From an uncultured Actinomycetes bacterium (GTDB taxonomy: Bacteria > Actinomycetota > Actinomycetes > S36-B12 > CAIYMF01): 32,000 nucleotides of DNA. Numbering within the stretch: position 1 is the first letter of the stretch; each line of letters starts with the position of its first letter. Positions 1-10,416 of the stretch are shown piece by piece. The notes under the pieces were generated by a model. The model saw only the letters and a program-made list of their open reading frames with translations, was not told where the DNA came from and did not search any database. The stretch is taken from assembly GCA_963843975.1 (NCBI GenBank), contig CAWJMG010000003.1:2130001-2162000 (forward strand). The letters run 5' to 3'. Made by a program: the position numbers and the translations under genes.

Positions 1-2083
<2,083 letters not shown>

Positions 2084-2109
2084 CGGGATGTGGCCCTTCG
2101 GACGACGGA

Positions 2110-2150
2110 GCGGGCGGTGCCCCCGATCGTAGTCGGGGGCGACCGCCCGC
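2110..2150 (-). terminator. GC-rich compound hairpin downstream of the DUF4190 gene and upstream of guaA
   Basis: GCGGGCGGT g CCCCCGA tcgtag TCGGGGG cg ACCGCCCGC (9-bp outer plus 7-bp inner stem). There is no clear U tract. Confidence 0.4.
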
Positions 2151-2172
2151 CCGAATCTGCCGTGCTGCGCCG

Positions 2173-2634
2173 TCAGAACCCGAGGGCGCTGGTGTTGGAG
2201 CCTGCTGCGATCACGACGGCGTAGAAGATGCCGCCGATGATGTTGAGCACGATCGCGACGATGCCGAGGATGAAGCCGGCGTTGGCCGCGCTGCCGTTCG
2301 TGGCGAGGCCCTGGGCCGCGAGCTCCTTGCCCTTGCGGCCCTGGATGATCGCGACGATGCCCAGGATGATGCCGCAGAAGAACAGGCCGATGATCCCGCA
2401 GACGAGCGCCGTCGTGCCCGGGCCGTTCTGCGGCGGGGCGGCGGCGTAGGCCGGCACCGGGGCGCCGTACGCCGGAGGCGCTGCAGGCATGGCCGCGGGC
2501 GGCGGCGGGGGCGGCGGGGTCGCCGGGGTGCCGTAGGCCGGCGGGTCGTTCGGGATGCCGGGCACCTGGGCGGCGGCGCCCTCGGGCGGCGGCGCGAAGG
2601 GGTCGCCCTGCGGCGGCTGGTTCGGGTCGCTCAT
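2173..2634 (-). CDS. DUF4190-type small membrane protein with a proline-rich N-terminus
   Basis: 153 aa. The Pro/Ala-rich N-terminal half is followed by two hydrophobic segments ([24 protein letters not shown]...[22 protein letters not shown]), the typical DUF4190 architecture. Confidence 0.75.
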   Translation of the reverse strand: MSDPNQPPQGDPFAPPPEGAAAQVPGIPNDPPAYGTPATPPPPPPPAAMPAAPPAYGAPVPAYAAAPPQNGPGTTALVCGIIGLFFCGIILGIVAIIQGRKGKELAAQGLATNGSAANAGFILGIVAIVLNIIGGIFYAVVIAAGSNTSALGF

Positions 2635-2770
2635 GGTGTCCCTCGTTCTCTCGTCCGGCCTCGCCGGTGCCGCTCCGTCGAGCGGCAGGTAGGACGCTAG
2701 CGATTTTCGCGTCCGCTCGGGGCAAACCTCGGCGACCTGGGCACCGGGACGGGCCTAGTCTCGACCGGCC

Positions 2771-4510
2771 ATGTCGATGCAGCGCCTGCCCCACGCGGAC
2801 CCGGGGACACCCGACCTCAGATCGGCGACGGCGTACCTCCTGTGGACGGCGCGCGGGCAGTGGCGCACCCTCACCCTCGGCGTCATCTGGGGCATCGTGT
2901 GGATGGGTGGACAGGCCGTGGTCCCCGCCGCACTCGGCGCGGGCGTCCAGGCGGCGAGCGACGGGCGCGAGTCCGACGTCCTGCGCGCCGCGGGTGTGCT
3001 CCTCGTGCTCGGCCTCGTGCAGGCCGCAGCGGGCATCCTTCGGCATCGCATGGCAGTCACCAACTGGATCGCCGCGGCGACACGGGTGCAGCAGCTCGTC
3101 GTACGCCACACCGCCAAGCTCGGGTCCCGCATCACTCGCGACGTCGCGACGGGCGAGGTCGTGGCGGTCACGTCGTCCGACGTCGAGAAGATCGGCAGCG
3201 GCTTCGACGTGTTCGCACGGTTCGTCGGCGCGGTCGTCGCGTTCATCGCCGTGGCGATCGTGCTGTTCCGCTCCTCCCCGACGCTCGGGCTCGTCGTGGT
3301 GATCGGCGTGCCCATCCTGGGCCTCAGCGTCGCGCCGCTGATCAAGCCGCTCGAGCGCCGCGAGACCGAGCGGCGCAAGAAGTTCGGCCAGGCGACCGAG
3401 ATCGCCTCGGACACGGTCGCGGGCCTCCGCGTGCTGCGCGGGATCGGCGGCGAGGAGCTGTTCGTCCGCCGCTTCCACGACGCCTCGCAGGAGGTGCGCG
3501 AGTCCGCCGTCCAGGTGGCCCGGGTGCGCTCGACCATGGACGCGCTGCAGGTGGCGCTCCCCGGCTTCTTCGTCGTCGCCGTCACGTGGCTCTCGGCCCG
3601 CCTCGTCGTGTCGGGCACGCTCGACATCGGCGAGCTCGTCGCCTTCTACGGCTGGTCGGCGTTCCTGCTCATCCCGCTGCGCACGTTCGTCGAGGCCGCC
3701 CACCGCTGGACGTCGTCGTACGTCGGCGCCCGGCGCGTCGTGCACCTGCTGCGCATCCCCGTGCCGGACGAGACCGGCCTTCCGATGTCGCCCGAACGCG
3801 CGGGGCGGTCGGCGCTGCACGACCCGGAGTCCGGGCTCACCGTCCGCCCGGGCGTGCTGACCGCGGTGGTCTGCGCCGAGCAGTCGGTCGCCGACTCGAT
3901 CGCGCTGCGCCTCGCGGGTCTTGGCGACGGTGCGGACGCCGTGACTCTCGACGGGGTGCCGCTCGGCGAGCTCGCCCGCGCCGACGTGCGCGCCGCGATC
4001 GTCACGCAGGACAAGGACCCGGTGCTGCTGTCCGGCACGCTCTCCGAGCTGCTGGACGTGCCGCGCTCGGGGCGCATCGGCGTGCAGGACGCGATCGAGG
4101 CGGCGTCGGCGTACGACGTCCTCGATGCGCTCATCGACTCGAGCCCGGACGTGTCCGACCCCCTGCGCGCGCGGGTCACCGAGCGCGGACGGTCGCTCTC
4201 GGGCGGCCAGCGCCAGCGCCTCGCGCTCGCCCGGTCGCTGATCGCCGACCCGCCGATCCTGGTGCTGGACGAGCCGACCAGCGCCGTCGACGCGCACACC
4301 GAGGCGCGCATCGCCGCCGGCCTCGTCGAGTCGCGCGGCGGCCTCACGACCGTGGTGCTCACGTCGTCCCCGCTCGTCCTCGATCTGGCCCACACGGTCG
4401 TGCTCGTCCTCGACGGCGTCGTCGTCGCCGAGGGCCGCCACCGCGACCTGCTGCACCGCGAGCCGCGCTACCGCGCGGTCGTGACCCGCGAGGAGGTGAG
4501 CGCGCCGTGA
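2771..4510 (+). CDS. ABC exporter fused permease/ATP-binding subunit with a non-catalytic (degenerate) NBD
   Basis: 579 aa: N-terminal 6-TM type-I exporter domain, then an NBD with intact Q-loop, signature LSGGQRQR and Walker [13 protein letters not shown]. The Walker A position reads [11 protein letters not shown] (no GxxGxGKS/T) and the H-loop His is replaced (VLTSSP). The stop overlaps the next start (GTGA). Confidence 0.9.
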   Translation: MSMQRLPHADPGTPDLRSATAYLLWTARGQWRTLTLGVIWGIVWMGGQAVVPAALGAGVQAASDGRESDVLRAAGVLLVLGLVQAAAGILRHRMAVTNWIAAATRVQQLVVRHTAKLGSRITRDVATGEVVAVTSSDVEKIGSGFDVFARFVGAVVAFIAVAIVLFRSSPTLGLVVVIGVPILGLSVAPLIKPLERRETERRKKFGQATEIASDTVAGLRVLRGIGGEELFVRRFHDASQEVRESAVQVARVRSTMDALQVALPGFFVVAVTWLSARLVVSGTLDIGELVAFYGWSAFLLIPLRTFVEAAHRWTSSYVGARRVVHLLRIPVPDETGLPMSPERAGRSALHDPESGLTVRPGVLTAVVCAEQSVADSIALRLAGLGDGADAVTLDGVPLGELARADVRAAIVTQDKDPVLLSGTLSELLDVPRSGRIGVQDAIEAASAYDVLDALIDSSPDVSDPLRARVTERGRSLSGGQRQRLALARSLIADPPILVLDEPTSAVDAHTEARIAAGLVESRGGLTTVVLTSSPLVLDLAHTVVLVLDGVVVAEGRHRDLLHREPRYRAVVTREEVSAP

Positions 4511-6322
4511 ACCCGCCCGAGGACGCCGTAGCCGCGAGCACGCTCACCGGCACGTCGCTGCCCATCGCCGGCGAGGCGACGCTGCGCCGCTACGCGCGCT
4601 CCCTGCTCCGCCGCCACCGCGCGGCGTTCGCCATCGTCATCGGCGCGCACGCCGTCGCCGCCGCCGCCGGGCTGGTCGGCCCGATCGTGCTCGGCGGTCT
4701 CGTCCAGGGGCTCGCCACCGACCTGTCGAGCGCACGCGTCGACCTCGCCGCCGGGATCTTCCTGGTGGCACTGGTGATCCAGACGGTCTTCACGCGCATC
4801 ACGCGCCTGCGCTCGGGCATCCTCGGCGAGGAGGTGCTCGCCGACCTGCGCGAGGACTTCCTCGGCCGCGCGGTCAACCTGCCCACGGGAGTCGTCGAGC
4901 GGGCCGGCACCGGCGACCTCGTCTCGCGCACCACCACCGACGTCGACCGGCTCAACCACGCGGTGCGCGACGCCGTGCCCGAGATCGTCATCGCGTGCAT
5001 CACCGGCCTGTTCGTGGGCGGCGCGCTCGTCATCACCGCGCCGCAGCTCGCGGTCGTGTGGCTGCTGTCGGTGCCGCTGATCGTCGTGTCGTCGCGGTGG
5101 TACTTCAAGCGCGCGCCGCAGTCGTACCGCGCCGAGTCGGCGACGTACGCCGCTGTGAGCTCGTCGATCGCCGAGACGGTCGACGCCGGCCAGACCACCG
5201 AGCTCTACCGCCTCGGCCAGCAGCGCGTCGCGGTCACCGACGCGCGAATCGCGCGCTGGATCTCGTGGGAGCGCTACACGCTCTGGCTGCGCTGCTGCTG
5301 GTTCCCGGTGATCGAGGCTCGGCTACGTGATCCCGCTCGTCGGCGTGCTGTCGTTCGGCGGCTGGCTGGTGGCGCAGGGCACGATCTCGATCGGCCAGCT
5401 CACCACCGCGCTGCTGCTCACGCAGATGCTCGTGGAGCCGCTCGACCTCGTGCTCATGTGGTATGACGAGCTGCAGGTGGGCCAGGCGTCGCTCGCACGC
5501 CTGGTCGGCGTGCAGGAGGTGCCGGACGCCGAGACAGACGACGACCTCGTGCCTCTCGACGACCGGCTCGTGGTCGACGACGTCCGCTTCGGCTACCGCG
5601 CCGGTCGTGACGTGCTGCACGGGATCGACCTCGACGTCGCACCCGGCGAACGCCTTGCGCTCGTGGGCCCTTCGGGTGCGGGCAAGTCCACGCTCGGCCG
5701 TCTGCTCGCCGGCATCTACGCGCCACGCACCGGAACGGTCGAGATGGGCGGTGCGGCGCTGTCGCGCATGCCGGCCGAGACCGTCCGCACGCAGGTGGCA
5801 CTCGTCAACCAGGAGCACCACGTCTTCGTGGGCACGATGCGCGACAACCTCCTGCTCGCCCGTCCCGGCGCCGACGACGGCGCGCTCCTCGTAGCGCTGG
5901 CCGCTGTCGACGCGATGCCGTGGGTGGCCGAGCTGTCCGACGGGCTCGACACGACGGTCGGCACGGGAGGCCACGGCCTCGCGCCCGGGCAGTCGCAGCA
6001 GCTCGCGCTCGCGCGGCTGATCCTCGCCGACCCGCACACGCTCGTCCTCGACGAGGCGACGTCGCTGCTCGACCCCCGCGCCGCACGCCACCTCGAGCGG
6101 TCGCTCGACGCCGTGCTCGAGGGCCGCACGGTCATCGCGATCGCGCACCGGCTGCACACGGCCTACGACGCCGATCGCATCGCCGTGGTCGACGGCGGCC
6201 GCATCACCGAGCTGGGCAGCCACCACGAGCTCGTCGCAGCCGACGGCGCCTACGCCGCCCTGTGGCGCAGCTGGCACGACACCGACGACACCCCCGAGCC
6301 CGACGCCGCCGTCACCCCCTGA
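4507..6322 (+). pseudogene. ABC exporter fused permease/ATP-binding subunit with a canonical NBD, interrupted by a +1 frame disruption near 5314-5326
   Basis: The TMD reads in frame 1 from GTG 4507 (VNPPEDAV...RWISWERYTLWLRCCWFPVIE) and then becomes junk. The protein resumes in frame 2 (GYVIPLVGVLSFGGWLVAQG...) through Walker A GPSGAGKST, signature LAPGQSQQ, Walker B LVLDEATS and H-loop IAHRL. The span of 1816 nt is 3n+1. Confidence 0.8.
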
Positions 6323-6386
6323 CCACGTCACTGGCGTACGTGCCAGAGACGTTGGTCGTTTTCTGGCACGTACGCCGGTGACGTGG
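6323..6386 (+). terminator. Long hairpin (25-bp stem, 14-nt loop) starting immediately after the ABC gene stop
   Basis: CCACGTCACTGGCGTACGTGCCAGA gacgttggtcgttt TCTGGCACGTACGCCGGTGACGTGG. There is one mismatch in 25 bp and no U tract after the stem. Confidence 0.5.
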
Positions 6387-6430
6387 CGGAATGCGGTGCG
6401 GGGCGCTCGTCGGGCTGAGAGGCTCGGGCG

Positions 6431-6985
6431 ATGGGACGCCTCCTGGTCACCGCTCTCTGCTCGGTCGACGGCTACGTCGCGGACACCGAGGGCTCGTTCG
6501 AGTTCGCCTTCCCCTCCGCCGAGGTGCACCAGGCGGTGAACGACCTCGAGCGCGGTGTCGGCACGCAGCTCCTCGGCCGTCGGACCTACGAGATCATGAC
6601 CTACTGGGAGACCGCGCCGACCGATGGCGATGACGCCGAGGCCGACTTCGCCCGCGTGTGGCAGGGCATCGACAAGGTCGTGTACTCGTCCACCCTCACC
6701 GAGGTGACGACCCCGCGCACCCGCCTGGTCTCAGCGTTCGACGCCGATGAGGTGCGGGCGCTCGTGCAGGCGGCGCCGCACGACGTCGAGATCGGCGGCC
6801 CGACGTTGGCGGCCGAGGCCTGGCGCGCGGGCCTCGTCGACGAGGTGCGGCTCTTCCTCGTGCCGTCCGTCGTCGGCGGTGGCCTGCCGGCACTGCCCGA
6901 CGGCGTGCGCGAGCAGCTCACCATGCACGGCCAGCGCACGTTCGAGAACGGCACCGTGCTCCTGCAGTACGCCGTCCAGCACTGA
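6431..6985 (+). CDS. Dihydrofolate reductase family protein (RibD C-terminal domain-like)
   Basis: 184 aa: MGRLLVTALCSVDGYVAD...LLGRRTYE...IGGPTLAAEAWRAGLVDEVRLFLVPSVVGGG, the typical RibD_C/DHFR-like pattern. GAGAGG lies 8 nt upstream of the ATG. Confidence 0.8.
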   Translation: MGRLLVTALCSVDGYVADTEGSFEFAFPSAEVHQAVNDLERGVGTQLLGRRTYEIMTYWETAPTDGDDAEADFARVWQGIDKVVYSSTLTEVTTPRTRLVSAFDADEVRALVQAAPHDVEIGGPTLAAEAWRAGLVDEVRLFLVPSVVGGGLPALPDGVREQLTMHGQRTFENGTVLLQYAVQH

Positions 6986-6988
6986 CGG

Positions 6989-8713
6989 TCAGTCGGTGGG
7001 GATGGCCCGGTCGCTGTGGCGGATGTCGACGATCGGCAGGCGCAGCGCGGCCGGGGCGTGCGCCGGCACGACCGGCGACCGCGGTGCGACCGCCGGCACG
7101 GGCACGTACTCCGAGCCGAGCGGCGGGCGCTGGTCGGCGTCGCCCTTGTTGGGCCACAGCGCCATCGCGCGCTCGGCCTGCGCGGTGATCGTGAGCGACG
7201 GGTTGACGCCGAGGTTGGCCGAGATGGCCGCGCCGTCGACCACGTGCAGGCCCTCGTGCCCGAAGACCCGGTGGTAGCCGTCGATGACGCCGTGCTCGGC
7301 GTCGGAGCCGATGCACGCGCCGCCCACGAAGTGCGCCGTCATCGGCGCGTCGAGCAGGTCGCCGAGCTGGCCCATCGGGAAGCCGTCGATCTTCTCGGCG
7401 ATGCGCCGCGAGGCGTCGTTAGCCGCGGGGATCCACGTGGGGTTCGGCTCGCCGTCGCCCTGGCGCGAGGTCAGCTTGCGGCGGCCGAGCCGCGTCTTGA
7501 TGGTGGAGACGGTGATCGAGTTGTCGACCGACTGCATGACGAGCGCGATCGCGCCCTTCTCCGACCAGTGCCGCACCGACAGCGAGCGCACGGCGTCGCG
7601 CGGGTTCGCGGCCATGTCGCGCACCCACACCTTCCAGCGCGGCGTGCCGTCCTCGCCGTCGGTGAGGATCGTGCCGAGCATCCCCATGAGGTTGCTGCCC
7701 TTGCCGTAGCGCACGGGCTCGACGTGGGTGCGCTCGTCCGGGAAGAAGGACGACGTGATCGCGACACCGGGCGTGAAGTCGGCGTCCTTGCGGCGTGAGA
7801 TCGCTCCGACGATCGACTCGCTGTTGGTGCGCGACAGGACGCCGAGCCGGTTCGACAGGCGGGGCAGGAAGCCCTCGTCCTTCATGCGGTGCAGCAGCTT
7901 CTGCGTGTTGTACGTGCCGGCCGCGACGACGACCTGGTCGGCCGTGAACGTACGTCGCCTGCCCACCGGGCCGGTGCGCGTCGTCTCGACCCAGTAGCCG
8001 CCCTGCGGCCGCGGCCGGACCGACAGCACGGTGGTGAGCGGGTGCACCGTCGCACCGGCGTCCTCGGCGAGGCCGAGGTAGTTCTTGGGCATCGTGTTCT
8101 TGGCGTTGTGGCGGCAGCCGGTCATGCACGAGCCGCACTGCTGGCACCCGCTGCGAGCGGGCCCGACGCCGCCGAAGAACGGGTCGGGCTTGGTGACGCC
8201 CGGGCCGTCGCCGAAGTACACGCCGACCGGCGTGAGCTTGAACGTGTGCCCCACGCCCATGTCCTCCGCGACCGACTTGAAGACGTGGTCGAGCGGTGTG
8301 GGGTAGGGGACGTCGGTGACGCCGAGCATCCGCGAGGCCTGGTCGTAGTACGGCAGGAGCTCGGACTGCCAGTCGGTGATGCCGGCCCACTGCGGGTCCT
8401 GGAAGAACTCCTTCGGCGGCACATAGAGCGTGTTCGCGTAGACGAGCGAGCCTCCGCCGACGCCGGCGCCGCACAGCACGAGGACGTCCGGCAGCAGGTG
8501 GATGCGCTGGATGCCGTAGAGCCCCAGACGGGGAGCCCAGAGGAACTTGCGCACCCGCCACGAGGTCTTGGCGAAGTCCTCGTCGGCGAAGCGGCGTCCG
8601 GCCTCGAGCACTCCGACCTTGTAACCCTTCTCGGTCAGGCGCAGCGCGGTGACCGAGCCCCCGAAACCGGAGCCGACGACCAGGACGTCGTAGTGCGTGC
8701 ACTGCTCGGTCAC
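6989..8713 (-). CDS. GMC-family FAD-dependent oxidoreductase (ChoD-like)
   Basis: 574 aa. The N-terminal FAD fold is YDVLVVGSGFGGSVTALRLTEKGYKVGVLEAG, and a GMC C-terminal domain is present. The GTG start at 8713 overlaps the upstream stop (GTGA). It occupies the position next to guaB3 that choD holds in Mycobacterium tuberculosis (from memory). Confidence 0.85.
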   Translation of the reverse strand: MTEQCTHYDVLVVGSGFGGSVTALRLTEKGYKVGVLEAGRRFADEDFAKTSWRVRKFLWAPRLGLYGIQRIHLLPDVLVLCGAGVGGGSLVYANTLYVPPKEFFQDPQWAGITDWQSELLPYYDQASRMLGVTDVPYPTPLDHVFKSVAEDMGVGHTFKLTPVGVYFGDGPGVTKPDPFFGGVGPARSGCQQCGSCMTGCRHNAKNTMPKNYLGLAEDAGATVHPLTTVLSVRPRPQGGYWVETTRTGPVGRRRTFTADQVVVAAGTYNTQKLLHRMKDEGFLPRLSNRLGVLSRTNSESIVGAISRRKDADFTPGVAITSSFFPDERTHVEPVRYGKGSNLMGMLGTILTDGEDGTPRWKVWVRDMAANPRDAVRSLSVRHWSEKGAIALVMQSVDNSITVSTIKTRLGRRKLTSRQGDGEPNPTWIPAANDASRRIAEKIDGFPMGQLGDLLDAPMTAHFVGGACIGSDAEHGVIDGYHRVFGHEGLHVVDGAAISANLGVNPSLTITAQAERAMALWPNKGDADQRPPLGSEYVPVPAVAPRSPVVPAHAPAALRLPIVDIRHSDRAIPTD

Positions 8714-10329
8714 TTGATCCTCAATGCCTTCAGCGTCGAGAACGCCATCGTCATCAGCCCCGCCCACTGCTCGTCGCTTCGACCGAAGGGGGCACCGAAG
8801 CCGATCCCCTTCTGCACTGCGACGTTCTGAGACTCGGTGTACTTCATCAGGCCCTCGACACCGTGCCGGCGGCCGAGTCCGGACGCCTTCATGCCGCCCA
8901 TCGGCGCGCTGATCGATCCCCAGGCCGCGCCGTACGCCTCGTTGACGTTCACGGTGCCGGCCTGGATCCGCGCGGCCATCGCACGGCCGACGGCGACGTC
9001 GCGGGTGAGCACGGCGGCGTTGAGCCCGTACTCGCTGTCGTTGGCGAACGCCACCGCCTCGTCGTCGGTCGAGAACGTGTAGATGCTGGCGACCGGGCCG
9101 AAGGTCTCCTCGCGGCACAGCGTCATCGCGGGTGTGACTCCGCGCAGCAGCGTGGGCGCGTAGTAGAACGGCCCGACCTCGGGGAGCGCCCTGCCGCCGG
9201 TCAGCACCTCGGCGCCGGCAGCGACCGCCTGGTCGACCTGCGCCGAGACGTTGGCGAGCTGGCGGGCGGAGGCCAGCGACCCCATGCCTGCGCCCCAGCC
9301 CACGGATGCCTTGAGCCTCAAGGCCTCCACCCGCGCGACGAGCAGCGCGGTGAACTCCTCGGCGACCGACTCGTGCACGAGGATCCGCTCGGTGCCGATG
9401 CAGAGCTGGCCCGCGTTGCCGAACGACGCGCGCTCGGTGATCTCGGCGGACTTCTCGAGATCGGCGTCAGCGCGGATGATCACCGCGTTCTTGCCGCCCA
9501 GCTCGAGCGAGCAGCCGACGAGCCTCTCGCCCGCGCGCGACGCGATCTCGCGGCCGACGCGGGTGGAGCCGGTGAACATCACGTAGTCCGCGCGCTCGGT
9601 GACCCACGGGCCGACGACCGCGCCATCGCCGATGACGACGTTGAGCAGTCCCTCCGGCAGCCCCGCCTCGACGACGAGGTCGACGAGGCGCAGGGCGGTG
9701 ACCGTGGTCTGCAGGTCGGGGCGCAGCACGACGCCGTTGCCCGCGAGCAGGGCAGGCAGCGCGTCGGTGATGGCCATCGAGATGGGGTAGTTCCAGGGCG
9801 AGATGATCCCGACGACACCCTTGGGGTGGTGGTGGATGGTCGTCTGCGTCAGCACCGGGAAGACGCCCTGCACCCGTCGGCTCGCCAGCATCTTCGGGCC
9901 GGCGATCCCGTAGTAGCGCGCGTTGAGCGCGCAGTCGGCGAGCTCCTCGAACGCGTCGCGTCGCGCCTTGCCCGTCTCGATCTGGGCGATGTCCATGACC
10001 TCGGCCTGCTGCGCGAGCACCAGGTCGTGGAAGCGCAGCAGCACGCGGGCGCGCTCGCGGGGCGTGCGCTCGGCCCAGGCGCGCTGGGCCCGGCGCGACA
10101 TCGCGAACGCGTGCTCGACGTCGGCCTCGGTCGAGATCGGCAGCGTCGTGGCCCGCTCACCGGTGAACGGCGCCACCGTGTCGTGCAGGGCCGGGCTCGA
10201 CCCGACGACGGCGTGCCGCACCAGCCGGGCGACGAGCGCGTCGTCGAGCGCCGACGGGTTCTGCACCGACGTCGCCACCCCACCGGGCGGGAGGTCGGGC
10301 ACGGCTCGGAGGACTGGCTCGGCGCTCAT
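8710..10329 (-). CDS. NAD(P)-dependent aldehyde dehydrogenase (succinate-semialdehyde dehydrogenase-like)
   Basis: 539 aa with ALDH motifs ELGGKNA and FGNAGQLCIGTERILV (catalytic Cys). Translationally coupled to the GMC oxidoreductase. Confidence 0.9.
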   Translation of the reverse strand: MSAEPVLRAVPDLPPGGVATSVQNPSALDDALVARLVRHAVVGSSPALHDTVAPFTGERATTLPISTEADVEHAFAMSRRAQRAWAERTPRERARVLLRFHDLVLAQQAEVMDIAQIETGKARRDAFEELADCALNARYYGIAGPKMLASRRVQGVFPVLTQTTIHHHPKGVVGIISPWNYPISMAITDALPALLAGNGVVLRPDLQTTVTALRLVDLVVEAGLPEGLLNVVIGDGAVVGPWVTERADYVMFTGSTRVGREIASRAGERLVGCSLELGGKNAVIIRADADLEKSAEITERASFGNAGQLCIGTERILVHESVAEEFTALLVARVEALRLKASVGWGAGMGSLASARQLANVSAQVDQAVAAGAEVLTGGRALPEVGPFYYAPTLLRGVTPAMTLCREETFGPVASIYTFSTDDEAVAFANDSEYGLNAAVLTRDVAVGRAMAARIQAGTVNVNEAYGAAWGSISAPMGGMKASGLGRRHGVEGLMKYTESQNVAVQKGIGFGAPFGRSDEQWAGLMTMAFSTLKALRIK

Positions 10330-10337
10330 GCCGCGAG

Positions 10338-10364
10338 GGTAACCGCTCTGGTTACCGGCCGGTA
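10338..10364 (-). promoter_or_regulatory. Two overlapping perfect palindromes 9-35 bp upstream of the aldehyde dehydrogenase start (candidate operator)
   Basis: GGTAACC gctct GGTTACC (10338-10356) overlaps the 12-bp palindrome TACCGGCCGGTA (10353-10364). No obvious SD lies between them and ATG 10329. Confidence 0.35.
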
Positions 10365-10416
10365 GCCAGAGAGCGGACGAGTCCGGCCGCCGACCTGACG
10401 TCGGAGGCCAAGGGCG

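Noticed and set aside
5327-6322. Treating the 331-aa ORF as an independent NBD-only ABC gene
   Set aside because: It would begin in the middle of a transmembrane helix (IPLVGVLSFGGWLV), has no SD, and together with 4507-5318 reconstitutes one standard fused TMD-NBD subunit after a one-base correction.
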